The notes under the pieces: model-generated
Database searches by the model: none
The model's input: the letters and a program-made list of their open reading frames with translations, nothing else
Told to the model about the DNA's origin: nothing
Source: Pseudomonas aeruginosa
GTDB lineage: Bacteria > Pseudomonadota > Gammaproteobacteria > Pseudomonadales > Pseudomonadaceae
Assembly: GCF_001457615.1 (NCBI RefSeq)
Contig: NZ_LN831024.1
Location: 1,950,001 to 1,982,000 of the forward strand
Length of the DNA stretch: 32,000 nucleotides
Direction of reading: 5' to 3'
In this document: positions 1 through 8,956 of the stretch, one piece after another
Layout of the letters: the number at the start of each line of letters is the position of its first letter
Position numbering within the stretch: the stretch's first letter is position 1
Program-made: the position numbers and the translations under genes

Positions 1-157
1 AAGAGCGGCGCTATTTTTGCTTTTGAGAGTCGCCTGGTGCTCCAAGTGCTCAATATTAGGGGCGTGTGATTCTCTATTTTCATCGCGGAGCACTTTTTCT
101 ATGATTGTTTTTTTATTTTTTACTCATTGTTTTCTCTTTTTTATGGTTTAGAAAAGT

Positions 158-1582
158 ATGCTGGGAAAACATAGTCTGGTTTATTTTTTGTTCAAGTCTT
201 TTCCGGCGATATTGACTCTTGTCGGTCTTTCCGTTTTTACTCGTCTGTTAAGTCCGGGTGAGTATGGAGTCTATTCGCTGACAATTATAGTTGTTGGCTT
301 CCTCAATACGGTTTTCTTGCAATGGGTGGCGCTGGGGGTTGGTCGTTATCTGCCTGAGTGTAGTGATGACCAAGCTCGGGCGAGGCTTCTTGGCACGGCT
401 AGGGCCATTAGCTTCCTTGTTTCACTCGTTATCATATTCGTCACGTTCCTGCTTTGGGAGTGGCGTGAAGAGATAGGTTTCTCTATTCTTTATTATATGG
501 TCGGTTTTCTTTGCCTGGCACAGGCTTGGCATGATTTGAATCTGAAGATTCAAAATGCGATCTTGCAGCCTCTGACCTACGGGAAAATGTTGTTGATCAA
601 AGGGGCTGGAAGCTTCTTTATCGGTGTTCTCCTTGTTTATTTCGGGTTTGGCGTTGATGGTTTGCTGCTGGGTACGCTTGTGTCTCTGGTACTGGCGACC
701 ATTTTCTTCCAAGATGCGTGGCGGGGAGTCAGTTGGGCGTTGGTAGACAAGGAGCAGTTAACCAGGTTGTTTGCCTATGGTGCACCACTGACGCTTACTT
801 TCCTTTTTGCATTCATAGTCAATGCGTCTGATCGCTTCTTTATTGGGGCATTTCTGGGGGATGCCGCGGTAGGTGTCTACTCGGTGTCATATGACCTAGC
901 GCAATATAGTGTTGGTACAGTGGCTTCTGTCGTTCACCTGGCGGCTTTTCCGCTGGTAATGGAGAAACTTTCCAAGAGCGGCTTGCCACAGACACAGGAC
1001 CAACTGCGGAAGACCTTTATTTTTATCTTTGCAGTAGTCTCGCCTGCTGCCTGTGGTCTGGCCATGGTGGCTCCGGAAATTTCAGGATCTATTATGGGCG
1101 AAGAGTTTCGTGAGGGTGCCCTAAAGATAATTCCGTTGATATCCCTTTCGGCTTTTCTGGGGGCCTTGAAATCTTTTTACTTTGACTACTCTTTCCAATT
1201 GGCTAGTGCTACACGAGTGCAGGTTGTGACAGTGGCGGTGTCGGCAGTGGTTGATGTTGTTTTTAATTTAATCCTTATTCCGGAGTTTGGGATAGTTGGC
1301 GCGGCGGTATCTTCTGTTATGGCGTTTTCCTCTGCAATACTAATTAGTATCTTCTTGGGGCGACGTGTTTTCCCAATGCCCGCCCTTCCGGGGAAAGATG
1401 CTATGAAAATTGCGTTGTCTGTGCTGTTGATGGCGGTGTCAGTTGCATCCTTCAGTTTGGAGAGTGCTTTTTTTGGCCTGGTTGTGAAAGTTGTCTTGGG
1501 GGGAGGGGTCTATTTGGCGGCAATGATTGCTCTTGATGTATCTGGCATGCGTACTTTCCTGAAGAGCAAGCTAATTCGATGA
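158..1582 (+). CDS. wzx: O-antigen flippase Wzx (MOP / polysaccharide-biosynthesis family multi-pass membrane protein)
   Basis: 474-aa ORF with ATG at 158. Almost entirely hydrophobic, with about 12 or more TM-like stretches (e.g. FFIGVLLVYFGFGVDGLLLGTLVSLVLATIFF). AT-rich codon usage typical of wzx. First gene of a co-directional sugar-transferase cluster. By position it equals wbpQ/wzx of the O6 wbp cluster (recalled, not searched). Confidence 0.8.
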   Translation: MLGKHSLVYFLFKSFPAILTLVGLSVFTRLLSPGEYGVYSLTIIVVGFLNTVFLQWVALGVGRYLPECSDDQARARLLGTARAISFLVSLVIIFVTFLLWEWREEIGFSILYYMVGFLCLAQAWHDLNLKIQNAILQPLTYGKMLLIKGAGSFFIGVLLVYFGFGVDGLLLGTLVSLVLATIFFQDAWRGVSWALVDKEQLTRLFAYGAPLTLTFLFAFIVNASDRFFIGAFLGDAAVGVYSVSYDLAQYSVGTVASVVHLAAFPLVMEKLSKSGLPQTQDQLRKTFIFIFAVVSPAACGLAMVAPEISGSIMGEEFREGALKIIPLISLSAFLGALKSFYFDYSFQLASATRVQVVTVAVSAVVDVVFNLILIPEFGIVGAAVSSVMAFSSAILISIFLGRRVFPMPALPGKDAMKIALSVLLMAVSVASFSLESAFFGLVVKVVLGGGVYLAAMIALDVSGMRTFLKSKLIR

Positions 1583-1703
1583 TAAGCAGTATGCCGACTT
1601 GCTTTCTGTTTGGAGGGGATGGGGCCCGGTTTGGTGGGGAGTGCCCAGAGCACTGCGATCTCCCGTTGGACAGGCGTGTCCAGGAATCAAGGAGGGGTAA
1701 ATC

Positions 1704-2750
1704 ATGATAGCGGAGCTCCCAGCAGTGCGGGTTCGGGCTTTTACCCAAGGTAGATCCGTTCCCAGTTCGAGATTTCGCGTGAAGGCTCTGCTCGAAGGGC
1801 TTGGCACGCGAGGTATCGACATGCATATGTCGGAAGCGCTGGTCTCTGCCTATCCTCCGCCTCGTCGACTGGATCGCCCGCTTTGGTTGCTGAGAGAACT
1901 GCTTCACCGCCTTCCTCAGGTAATCGGCTCTTACGGAAGTGACGTTGTGATCCTTCAACGAGAGCTTCTCTCGACAATTCCAACTCTTGAGTTTCTTACC
2001 AAGGCGCCCAGAATTCTGGATGTCGATGATGCAATATGGCTGCATCGTAGGGGGATCGCCGCGAATTCGATTGCTCGTCGTGTCGACCATATCGTGTGTG
2101 GCAATCAATACCTGGCCGATTACTTCGGTCAGTTCGGTAGGCCGACTACGATCATTCCGACGGGCGTCGATACTCTTCGTTTTTCACCCAGAAGGGAACG
2201 CAGGGAGAATAGAGTGATCGGCTGGTCCGGCACGTCGGGTGGCTACCGCTTTCTTTATGACATAGAAATCCCGCTGTCCCACCTGTTCAGAGATCACCCC
2301 GAATGGAAATTGAGGATCGTTTCGGACCGTCCTCCCGAGTTCAAGGTCATTCCAGCCGAAAAGGTTGAGTTCATTCGCTGGACAGAGACCAATGAGGTCG
2401 AAACGATTGCCGGAATGGATATCGGTATAATGCCTCTTGCCGATGATCTATGGTCGAGGGGGAAGTGTAGCTACAAAATGTTGCTTTATATGGCCTGTGG
2501 CTTGCCGGTAGTGGTTTCCGAGTATGGTATGAACCGCGATGTTCTAGCCCGAGGCTTCATCGGATATGGTGCGGTGGACGACGAGGGCTGGTATGAGTCA
2601 CTTGCGGCTTTGGTCAAAGATCCGGAAGCCCGTGTGCGTGCAGGGCAAAATGGAAGAGATATTATCGAAAGGCACTATTCTCTCGATGTCGTTTGTGACC
2701 TGTGGGCAATGGTCATTGGCTCGGTAGCGCCTGGAAAGGGAACGAGGTGA
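1704..2750 (+). CDS. wbpR: Glycosyltransferase (GT-B fold, GT4-like), O-unit assembly
   Basis: 348-aa ORF. ATG at 1704 is preceded by AGGAGG (1688-1693). C-terminal half has a GT4-like donor-binding region (GWSGTSGGYRF ... SYKMLLYMACGLPVVVSEYG). Lies inside the wbp cluster. The symbol is assigned by position in the recalled O6 gene order. Confidence 0.7.
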   Translation: MIAELPAVRVRAFTQGRSVPSSRFRVKALLEGLGTRGIDMHMSEALVSAYPPPRRLDRPLWLLRELLHRLPQVIGSYGSDVVILQRELLSTIPTLEFLTKAPRILDVDDAIWLHRRGIAANSIARRVDHIVCGNQYLADYFGQFGRPTTIIPTGVDTLRFSPRRERRENRVIGWSGTSGGYRFLYDIEIPLSHLFRDHPEWKLRIVSDRPPEFKVIPAEKVEFIRWTETNEVETIAGMDIGIMPLADDLWSRGKCSYKMLLYMACGLPVVVSEYGMNRDVLARGFIGYGAVDDEGWYESLAALVKDPEARVRAGQNGRDIIERHYSLDVVCDLWAMVIGSVAPGKGTR

Positions 2751-2754
2751 TTTG

Positions 2755-4638
2755 ATGTGTGGTATCGCTGGCTTCTGGAATATTACGGGAACTCTCCTAG
2801 GGGATAATGCACGTGTGGCCCGGCAGATGGCTGCCGCCATACATCATCGTGGACCGGATGAGTCGGGGATTTGGTACGAGGCTCCGCGCGCCCCGATACT
2901 TGTCCATGCGCGTCTTGCGGTTCTGGAGCTTTCCCCCGCAGGCAGCCAGCCCATGCACTCCGACTGTGGTCGGTATGTGCTGATTTACAATGGCGAGATA
3001 TACAACCATCTGGCTCTTAGGGCTCGCCTGAGCGAGGCAGGTGTAACACATTCCTGGCGTGGCGGATCGGACACCGAAACCTTATTGGCATGCTTTGCCC
3101 AATGGGGCGTGGAGAGTACCCTCAAGCTCACCGTGGGTATGTTCGCTCTGGCCTTGTGGGATCGACAGGAGAAAACAATTACTCTGGCTCGTGATCGAAT
3201 GGGCGAAAAGCCTCTCTATTGGGGCTGGCAGAATGGCGTGCTTTTTTTTGCATCCGAACTGAAGGCCCTGAAAGAACATCCGCTTTTTAGGGGGGATATT
3301 GATAGAGATGCCTTGGCCCTATTTCTACGATATGGATATGTCCCGGCTCCCTATAGTATTTATAAAGGTATCGGGAAGCTAAGGGCAGGGAGCTATTTGG
3401 TCCTATCGGAACGTTCATTGAACGAGACCTGCGAACCTGCTGCCTATTGGAGTGCGAACGCCGCGATAGAAGAGGCTCTCTCCAATCCATTCCAGGGAAC
3501 GGATGCCGAGGCAGTTGATCTTCTGGAAAGCCAGTTGAGAACTAGCATATCGGATCAGATGGTCTCCGATGTTCCTTTGGGAGCTTTTCTGAGCGGTGGG
3601 GTGGATAGTAGTACGGTCGTGGCGCTGATGCAGCAGCAGTCCTCACGCCCTATACGGACATTCTCTATTGGCTTTGATGAGCCTGGGTATGATGAGGCTG
3701 TTTACGCAAAGGCGGTTGCAGAACATATCGGTACCGATCATACAGAGCTCTATGTCAATTCAAAAGATGCTCTAGATGTAATTCCATCTTTGCCAAAGAT
3801 CTACTGTGAGCCATTTGGTGACAGTTCGCAGATACCAACCTTGATTGTCAGTGGATTGGCCAGGCAGCAAGTTACTGTTGCGCTGAGTGGAGATGGTGGT
3901 GATGAACTGTTTGGCGGCTACAATCCCTATCAGTTTACTCCCCGTGTCTGGCGCATGCTGGAGCGATTTCCTCATTCCATGCGGCGTTTCGCATCGGCTT
4001 TTGCTCAGGATTTACCTTTACCTGACAAGTTGGGGAAGCTGCGTGACGTATTTGCTTCGAGGACGGCCGAGGAGCTTTTCTATCGATTGAACAGTCACTG
4101 GAGAAATCACGAATACCCGGTCATAGGTGCACAAGGTCACACGGCACTATTGGATACTCCAGAAAGATGGCCAAGGGTGGACTCGTTCCAGCACTGGATG
4201 ATGGCCATGGATGTTCAGGGCTACATGCCTGACGACATTCTGGTGAAGGTAGACAGAGCAGCGATGGCTAACAGCCTGGAAACCCGGGTTCCACTGATAG
4301 ACCATCGCGTGTTCGAACTGGCTTGGCGCATGCCGTTGCATATGAAGATTCGCAATGGAAAAGGAAAGTGGTTGCTTCGTGAAGTCTTGTATAGGCATGT
4401 TTCGCGAGAGCTCATAGAGCGGCCCAAGAAGGGGTTTTCCGTTCCTGTCTCCGATTGGCTGAGAGGCCCTCTGAAAGAGTGGGCTGAATCGCTGCTTGAT
4501 GAGCGACGCCTTCAGCAAGAAGGTTATTTGGATAGTAGGTTGATACGCAGGATCTGGAACGACCACTTGGCGGGAAGGCGGGACCACTCAAGACGCCTCT
4601 GGAGTGTTCTCATGTTCCAAGCGTGGTTGGAGTCATGA
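2755..4638 (+). CDS. wbpS: Asparagine synthetase B-type glutamine amidotransferase (predicted uronic-acid amidotransferase)
   Basis: N-terminus is M-CGIAG, the class II amidotransferase Cys nucleophile directly after Met. I therefore start at ATG 2755, not the TTG at 2752 used by the ORF track. PP-loop motif SGGVDSS is present. About 627 aa, typical of AsnB. GAGGTGA lies upstream. Confidence 0.85.
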   Translation: MCGIAGFWNITGTLLGDNARVARQMAAAIHHRGPDESGIWYEAPRAPILVHARLAVLELSPAGSQPMHSDCGRYVLIYNGEIYNHLALRARLSEAGVTHSWRGGSDTETLLACFAQWGVESTLKLTVGMFALALWDRQEKTITLARDRMGEKPLYWGWQNGVLFFASELKALKEHPLFRGDIDRDALALFLRYGYVPAPYSIYKGIGKLRAGSYLVLSERSLNETCEPAAYWSANAAIEEALSNPFQGTDAEAVDLLESQLRTSISDQMVSDVPLGAFLSGGVDSSTVVALMQQQSSRPIRTFSIGFDEPGYDEAVYAKAVAEHIGTDHTELYVNSKDALDVIPSLPKIYCEPFGDSSQIPTLIVSGLARQQVTVALSGDGGDELFGGYNPYQFTPRVWRMLERFPHSMRRFASAFAQDLPLPDKLGKLRDVFASRTAEELFYRLNSHWRNHEYPVIGAQGHTALLDTPERWPRVDSFQHWMMAMDVQGYMPDDILVKVDRAAMANSLETRVPLIDHRVFELAWRMPLHMKIRNGKGKWLLREVLYRHVSRELIERPKKGFSVPVSDWLRGPLKEWAESLLDERRLQQEGYLDSRLIRRIWNDHLAGRRDHSRRLWSVLMFQAWLES

Positions 4639-5786
4639 CCACAGTAAAAGTTATCCACGTGATAGCCGGCCTGAAGAAAGTCGGCGGTGCTGAGCTAATG
4701 CTCAAGCGGTTGATCGAGACTCAAAATGGCGGCAGTGAATTCGAACATTCGATTATTTCACTGTCTGATCTTGGTGAGTTTGGGCAGGGTCTGATTGAGG
4801 CTGGTATATCTGTTGATGTGCTTGGCATGACCTCGATGAGGGATATGCCTCGAGTGCTCCTTCGTCTGATAGGGATATTTCGTGAAAGGAGGCCCGATAT
4901 AGTCCAAACATGGATGTATCATTCCGATCTTCTTGGTGGATTGGCTGCCAGAATGGCCGGTATTGGCGGGATTATATGGGGAGTCCGCACGACCGACCTT
5001 CAAGAGGGCGGCAAGAGTACGACTGTTCTGGTACGGAAGGTGTGTGCCTGGCTATCCGGATTCTTGCCAAAATATATTGTTTGCGCCGCCGAGGCCTCAA
5101 GGCGCTCACACATTGCTGTTGGCTACAACGCAAGCAGGATGCTGGTCATTCCCAACGGTTTCGATCTCACTCGCCTGCAGGCGACCGACGAACAGCGGTC
5201 CGCTATCAGGAGTGGAGCTGGCATAGAGGCCAGCGATATCGTGATTGGCAGTCTAGGCAGATTCCACCCGGTAAAGGATCATGCTTCCTTTGTCGCAGCT
5301 GCCGGTCTGCTGGCTCCACGTTATTCGCGCTTGAAGTTTCTTTTGGTGGGACGGGAGCTGCTGTCTTCCAATGCTGAATTGCAGCGCCTCATCGAAGCTA
5401 CCGGGTATGCGGAGCGCTTCATCCTGCTTGGAGAGCGGCAAGATGTAGCTTCGTGTCTGAAAGCCATGGATATCTTCTGTCTGCATTCTCGCACGGAGGG
5501 ATTCCCCAATGTTCTTGGTGAAGCCATGGCCATGGGATTGCCTTGTATTACCACTGATGTGGGGGATGCGGCTTATTTGCTAGGTAACGACGGTGTCGTC
5601 GTTCCGGCCTTGGATCCGAATGCGCTCGGCAAAGGTATCGAGGATCTCATTGCGTTGGATGTCGAGGGTCGTCGGGCACTTGGTGAGGCTGCAAGACAGA
5701 GGATTTACTCGAACTTCACGATGGCCAGTGCCTCTCAGCGTTTCATGAGTCTGTATCGCGACATTCTTGTAAAAAGAAAAGCTTGA
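4635..5786 (+). CDS. wbpT: Glycosyltransferase family 4
   Basis: ATG at 4635 overlaps the wbpS stop (ATGA, 4635-4638). The ORF-track start at 4623 is a GTG four codons upstream. GT4 E-x7-E motif present (EGFPNVLGEAMAMGLPCITTDVGD). Confidence 0.8.
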   Translation: MTTVKVIHVIAGLKKVGGAELMLKRLIETQNGGSEFEHSIISLSDLGEFGQGLIEAGISVDVLGMTSMRDMPRVLLRLIGIFRERRPDIVQTWMYHSDLLGGLAARMAGIGGIIWGVRTTDLQEGGKSTTVLVRKVCAWLSGFLPKYIVCAAEASRRSHIAVGYNASRMLVIPNGFDLTRLQATDEQRSAIRSGAGIEASDIVIGSLGRFHPVKDHASFVAAAGLLAPRYSRLKFLLVGRELLSSNAELQRLIEATGYAERFILLGERQDVASCLKAMDIFCLHSRTEGFPNVLGEAMAMGLPCITTDVGDAAYLLGNDGVVVPALDPNALGKGIEDLIALDVEGRRALGEAARQRIYSNFTMASASQRFMSLYRDILVKRKA

Positions 5787-5829
5787 CGAGCTTGAAGGTT
5801 ATGTTTGTAAAACGCATCGAGGAGTTTGC

Positions 5830-6960
5830 ATGAAGCCGGTATTGTTGATGATAGTGAACGACCCGGCTTTCTTCATGTCTCACCGTTTACCGGTCGCTGT
5901 CGGAGCCCAGCAGGCTGGTTTCCAGGTACATATCGCCACACGCCCTGGTGACGCGGTGAAAAAGATCGTCTCCCAAGGTTTTCTGCATCATGAATTGCCA
6001 CTGTCCAGAAGCGGAAAAAATCCTTTTTCAGAGCTGTATCTGCTGACTTATGTCTGGCGCCTTTTGTGGAGATTGCGGCCTGATGTTTTACACTTGGTTA
6101 CCATCAAGCCGGTAATCTATGGCGGTATCGCCGCACGCTTGGCGCCGGTGAAGGGGGTCGTGGCGGCCGTTTCCGGACTTGGTTTCGTTTTCATGGCCAA
6201 GGGTCTGAAGGCCTGCGCGTTTCGTGCCTGTGTCGCCTGGCTTTATCGGCGGGCTTTGGGCAAGAAAAAGTTGCGTGTCATCTTTCAAAATCCCGATGAT
6301 CGGGACGCGCTGATCGGCCTGGGTGCGATCACTTTTGAAAAGTCCGTCCTGATTCGCGGTTCGGGGGTCGACCTGACGCAGTACCAGCCGGCCCCGGAAA
6401 GCCCCGAAACGCCGGTGGTCACATTGGCGGCTCGGTTGCTCAGGGACAAGGGTGTGCTGGAATTCGTCGAAGCGGCAAATATCCTTAGGCAGCGCAGCGT
6501 ACCGGCACATTTTCAACTGGTCGGAGACCTGGATCCTGGGAACCCCACCAGTATCGAGCCGTCCGAACTAGAGCGTTGGCGTAGCGAGGGCACGATCGAG
6601 TGTCTTGGTTATCGCCAGGATATCGCGTCTGTCTTCGCCCGTTCGCATATAGTCGTTCTGCCTTCTTATCGTGAAGGGCTTCCCAAGGTCCTGGTCGAGG
6701 CGTCGGCGTGCGGGCGTGCGGTTGTGACGACCGATGTACCGGGTTGCCGGGATGCAATCCAGGCTGATGTTACGGGCCTGCTCGTGCCGGTGCGTGATTC
6801 TGCTGCTCTGGCGGATGCCATTCAGCGTCTTATCGAGTCGCCAGAGTTGCGCAAGAAGATGGGAGCTGCTGGGCGAGCGTTGGCAGAGCGTGATTTTGCG
6901 ATCGAAAGTATCGTCCAACAGCACCTGGATATTTATCGGGCACTAGGGAGCGGAGCTTGA
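5830..6960 (+). CDS. wbpU: Glycosyltransferase family 4
   Basis: 376-aa ORF. ATG at 5830 is preceded by GAGGAG. GT4 E-x7-E motif present (REGLPKVLVEASACGRAVVTTDVPG). Confidence 0.8.
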   Translation: MKPVLLMIVNDPAFFMSHRLPVAVGAQQAGFQVHIATRPGDAVKKIVSQGFLHHELPLSRSGKNPFSELYLLTYVWRLLWRLRPDVLHLVTIKPVIYGGIAARLAPVKGVVAAVSGLGFVFMAKGLKACAFRACVAWLYRRALGKKKLRVIFQNPDDRDALIGLGAITFEKSVLIRGSGVDLTQYQPAPESPETPVVTLAARLLRDKGVLEFVEAANILRQRSVPAHFQLVGDLDPGNPTSIEPSELERWRSEGTIECLGYRQDIASVFARSHIVVLPSYREGLPKVLVEASACGRAVVTTDVPGCRDAIQADVTGLLVPVRDSAALADAIQRLIESPELRKKMGAAGRALAERDFAIESIVQQHLDIYRALGSGA

Positions 6961-7919
6961 CGCGACATAATGTATTGGTAACGGGGGCAACCGGATTCAT
7001 CGGGGCCGCGCTGGTCAATAGTCTCTGTTCTTCCGGGCAGTACAAGGTTTGGGCCGGGTGCCGCCGAAGAGGTGGGGCCTGGCCTCGAGGGGTTACTCCC
7101 TTGCTTCTGGGTGAACTGGGCAGTTCTGTTGTCTGGGATGCGGAGTCGGCCATCGATACGGTGGTTCATTGCGCTGCCCGCGTGCATGTCATGAGCGAGA
7201 CGGCCTCCGATCCGCTCGTCGAGTTCCGCAAGGCCAACGTTCAGGGGACACTTGATCTGGCCCGGGAGGCCGTATCCCGGGGAGTGCGGCGTTTCATCTT
7301 TATCAGCTCGATAAAGGTCAATGGCGAGGGAACTGAGCCCGGTCGGCCCTATACTGCGGACAGTCCGCCCAATCCTGTCGATCCCTATGGCGTTTCCAAA
7401 CGGGAAGCGGAGCAAGCGCTATTGGATCTGGCGGAAGAGACCGGACTGGAGGTTGTGATCATCCGACCGGTCCTGGTTTATGGTCCAGGGGTCAAGGCCA
7501 ACGTACAGACCATGATGCGCTGGCTGAAGCGCGGCGTGCCCCTCCCTCTAGGGGCTATTCATAATCGGCGTAGTCTGGTGTCGCTGGATAATCTTGTCGA
7601 CCTCATCATCACCTGCATCGAGCATCCGGCTGCGGTCGGGCAAGTTTTCCTCGTAAGCGACGGTGAGGATCTTTCCACCACCGAGTTGCTGCGGAGAATG
7701 GGACGCGCCTTGGGCGCTCCCGCTCGCCTGCTGCCTGTTCCCGCCAGTTGGATCGGTGCAGCGGCGAAAGTTCTGAACAGGCAGGCATTTGCTCGCCGCC
7801 TGTGCGGCTCATTGCAAGTCGATATCATGAAAACCCGCCAAGTGCTTGGCTGGACTCCGCCGGTAGGGGTGGACCAGGCATTGGAGAAAACCGCCCGCTC
7901 TTTCCTGGATCGCCAATGA
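6957..7919 (+). CDS. wbpV: NAD-dependent epimerase/dehydratase-family SDR (predicted 4-keto reductase of the QuiNAc/FucNAc pathway)
   Basis: Rossmann motif VTGATGFIGAALV begins at residue 8, so the start must be the TTG at 6957. That TTG overlaps the wbpU stop (TTGA). Catalytic YGVSK (YxxxK) is present. 320 aa. Confidence 0.8.
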   Translation: MTRHNVLVTGATGFIGAALVNSLCSSGQYKVWAGCRRRGGAWPRGVTPLLLGELGSSVVWDAESAIDTVVHCAARVHVMSETASDPLVEFRKANVQGTLDLAREAVSRGVRRFIFISSIKVNGEGTEPGRPYTADSPPNPVDPYGVSKREAEQALLDLAEETGLEVVIIRPVLVYGPGVKANVQTMMRWLKRGVPLPLGAIHNRRSLVSLDNLVDLIITCIEHPAAVGQVFLVSDGEDLSTTELLRRMGRALGAPARLLPVPASWIGAAAKVLNRQAFARRLCGSLQVDIMKTRQVLGWTPPVGVDQALEKTARSFLDRQ

Positions 7920-8956
7920 TGAATCTATGGTTGTTGTTGCCGGCGGTTGCCGCTCTTTCCCTGCTGTTGACCGCCGGCTTGCGCCGTTACGCGATTGCCC
8001 GCAGCTTGATCGATGTACCCAATGCTCGAAGTTCTCACCAGGTGCCGACGCCTAGGGGGGGCGGTGTCGCTATCGTGCTCTCCTTCCTGCTGGCAGTGCT
8101 GCTTGCGGCGATATTGGGCGCGGTGAAACCGGATCTGGCCACTGGTATCCTGGGGGCGGGTATTGGGATCGCATTGCTGGGCTTCCTCGACGATCATGGC
8201 CATATCGCTGCCCGTTGGCGTTTGCTCGGCCATTTCGCCGGTGCTTGCTGGCTGCTGTACTGGCTTGGAGGTTTGCCTGCATTGGCCTTTTTCGGCCTTG
8301 TGGTCGATCTGGGGTGGGTTGGACACATAGCTGCGGCGTTCTATCTGGTATGGATGCTCAATCTCTACAATTTCATGGACGGTATCGATGGGATTGCCAG
8401 CGTTGAGGCTGTGTGTGTGTGCGTTGGCGCTGCCCTGCTTGTCGTGGTCAGTGGTGTAGGTTCCGATGAGGCATCCCAGGGCGTTTGGTTGGCGGCGCTG
8501 CTGGCAGCCGCGGTGACGGGGTTCCTTTTCTGGAATTTCCCTCCTGCGCGGATCTTCATGGGGGATGCTGGTAGCGGTTTCTTGGGGGTTATCATTGGTG
8601 GCCTTTCCCTGCAAGCCGCATGGGTCTCGCCGCAACTCTTCTGGGGTTGGCTCATCCTGCTGGGGGTATTCATTGTTGATGCTACCCTGACCTTGTTGCG
8701 CCGGTTGCTGCGGGGAGACAAGGTTTATGAGGCGCATCGCAGTCACGCATACCAGTATGCTTCTCGTCATTACGGGCGTCATCTTCCTGTTACCCTGGCA
8801 GTGGGAGGCATCAACATCTTCTGGTTGTTGCCACTGGCACTGCTTGTCGCAGCGGGGAAGATCGACGGCATGCTTGCTTTGTTGATTGGCTACCTGCCTC
8901 TGGCGTTCCTGGCGCTCCGTTTTAAGGCCGGAGTCCTGGAATCACGCGCTGCTTGA
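7916..8956 (+). CDS. wbpL: Initiating undecaprenyl-phosphate N-acetylhexosamine-1-phosphate transferase (WecA/MraY family)
   Basis: ATG at 7916 overlaps the wbpV stop (ATGA). The protein MMNLWLLLPAVAALSLL... is polytopic and carries family motifs (FLDDHGH, NLYNFMDGIDG, MGDAGSGFLG). The ORF-track start at 7748 lies inside wbpV and is unlikely. Confidence 0.88.
   Translation: MMNLWLLLPAVAALSLLLTAGLRRYAIARSLIDVPNARSSHQVPTPRGGGVAIVLSFLLAVLLAAILGAVKPDLATGILGAGIGIALLGFLDDHGHIAARWRLLGHFAGACWLLYWLGGLPALAFFGLVVDLGWVGHIAAAFYLVWMLNLYNFMDGIDGIASVEAVCVCVGAALLVVVSGVGSDEASQGVWLAALLAAAVTGFLFWNFPPARIFMGDAGSGFLGVIIGGLSLQAAWVSPQLFWGWLILLGVFIVDATLTLLRRLLRGDKVYEAHRSHAYQYASRHYGRHLPVTLAVGGINIFWLLPLALLVAAGKIDGMLALLIGYLPLAFLALRFKAGVLESRAA

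Noticed and set aside
1452-2108. 218-aa minus ORF overlapping the wzx 3-prime end and wbpR, plus other small antisense ORFs inside the wbp genes (e.g. 4147..4587, 6088..6516, 7925..8782)
   Set aside because: No motifs or RBS, and each is embedded antisense in a supported gene. 7925..8782 mirrors wbpL.
2720-2740. ops/JUMPstart-like fragments: GGTAGCG at about 2726-2732, and GCGGTAGGTG at about 858-867
   Set aside because: Only about 8 of 12 positions match the ops consensus GGCGGTAGCGTG. Both lie inside coding sequence rather than in an operon leader. I am not aware of an RfaH-dependent system in P. aeruginosa.
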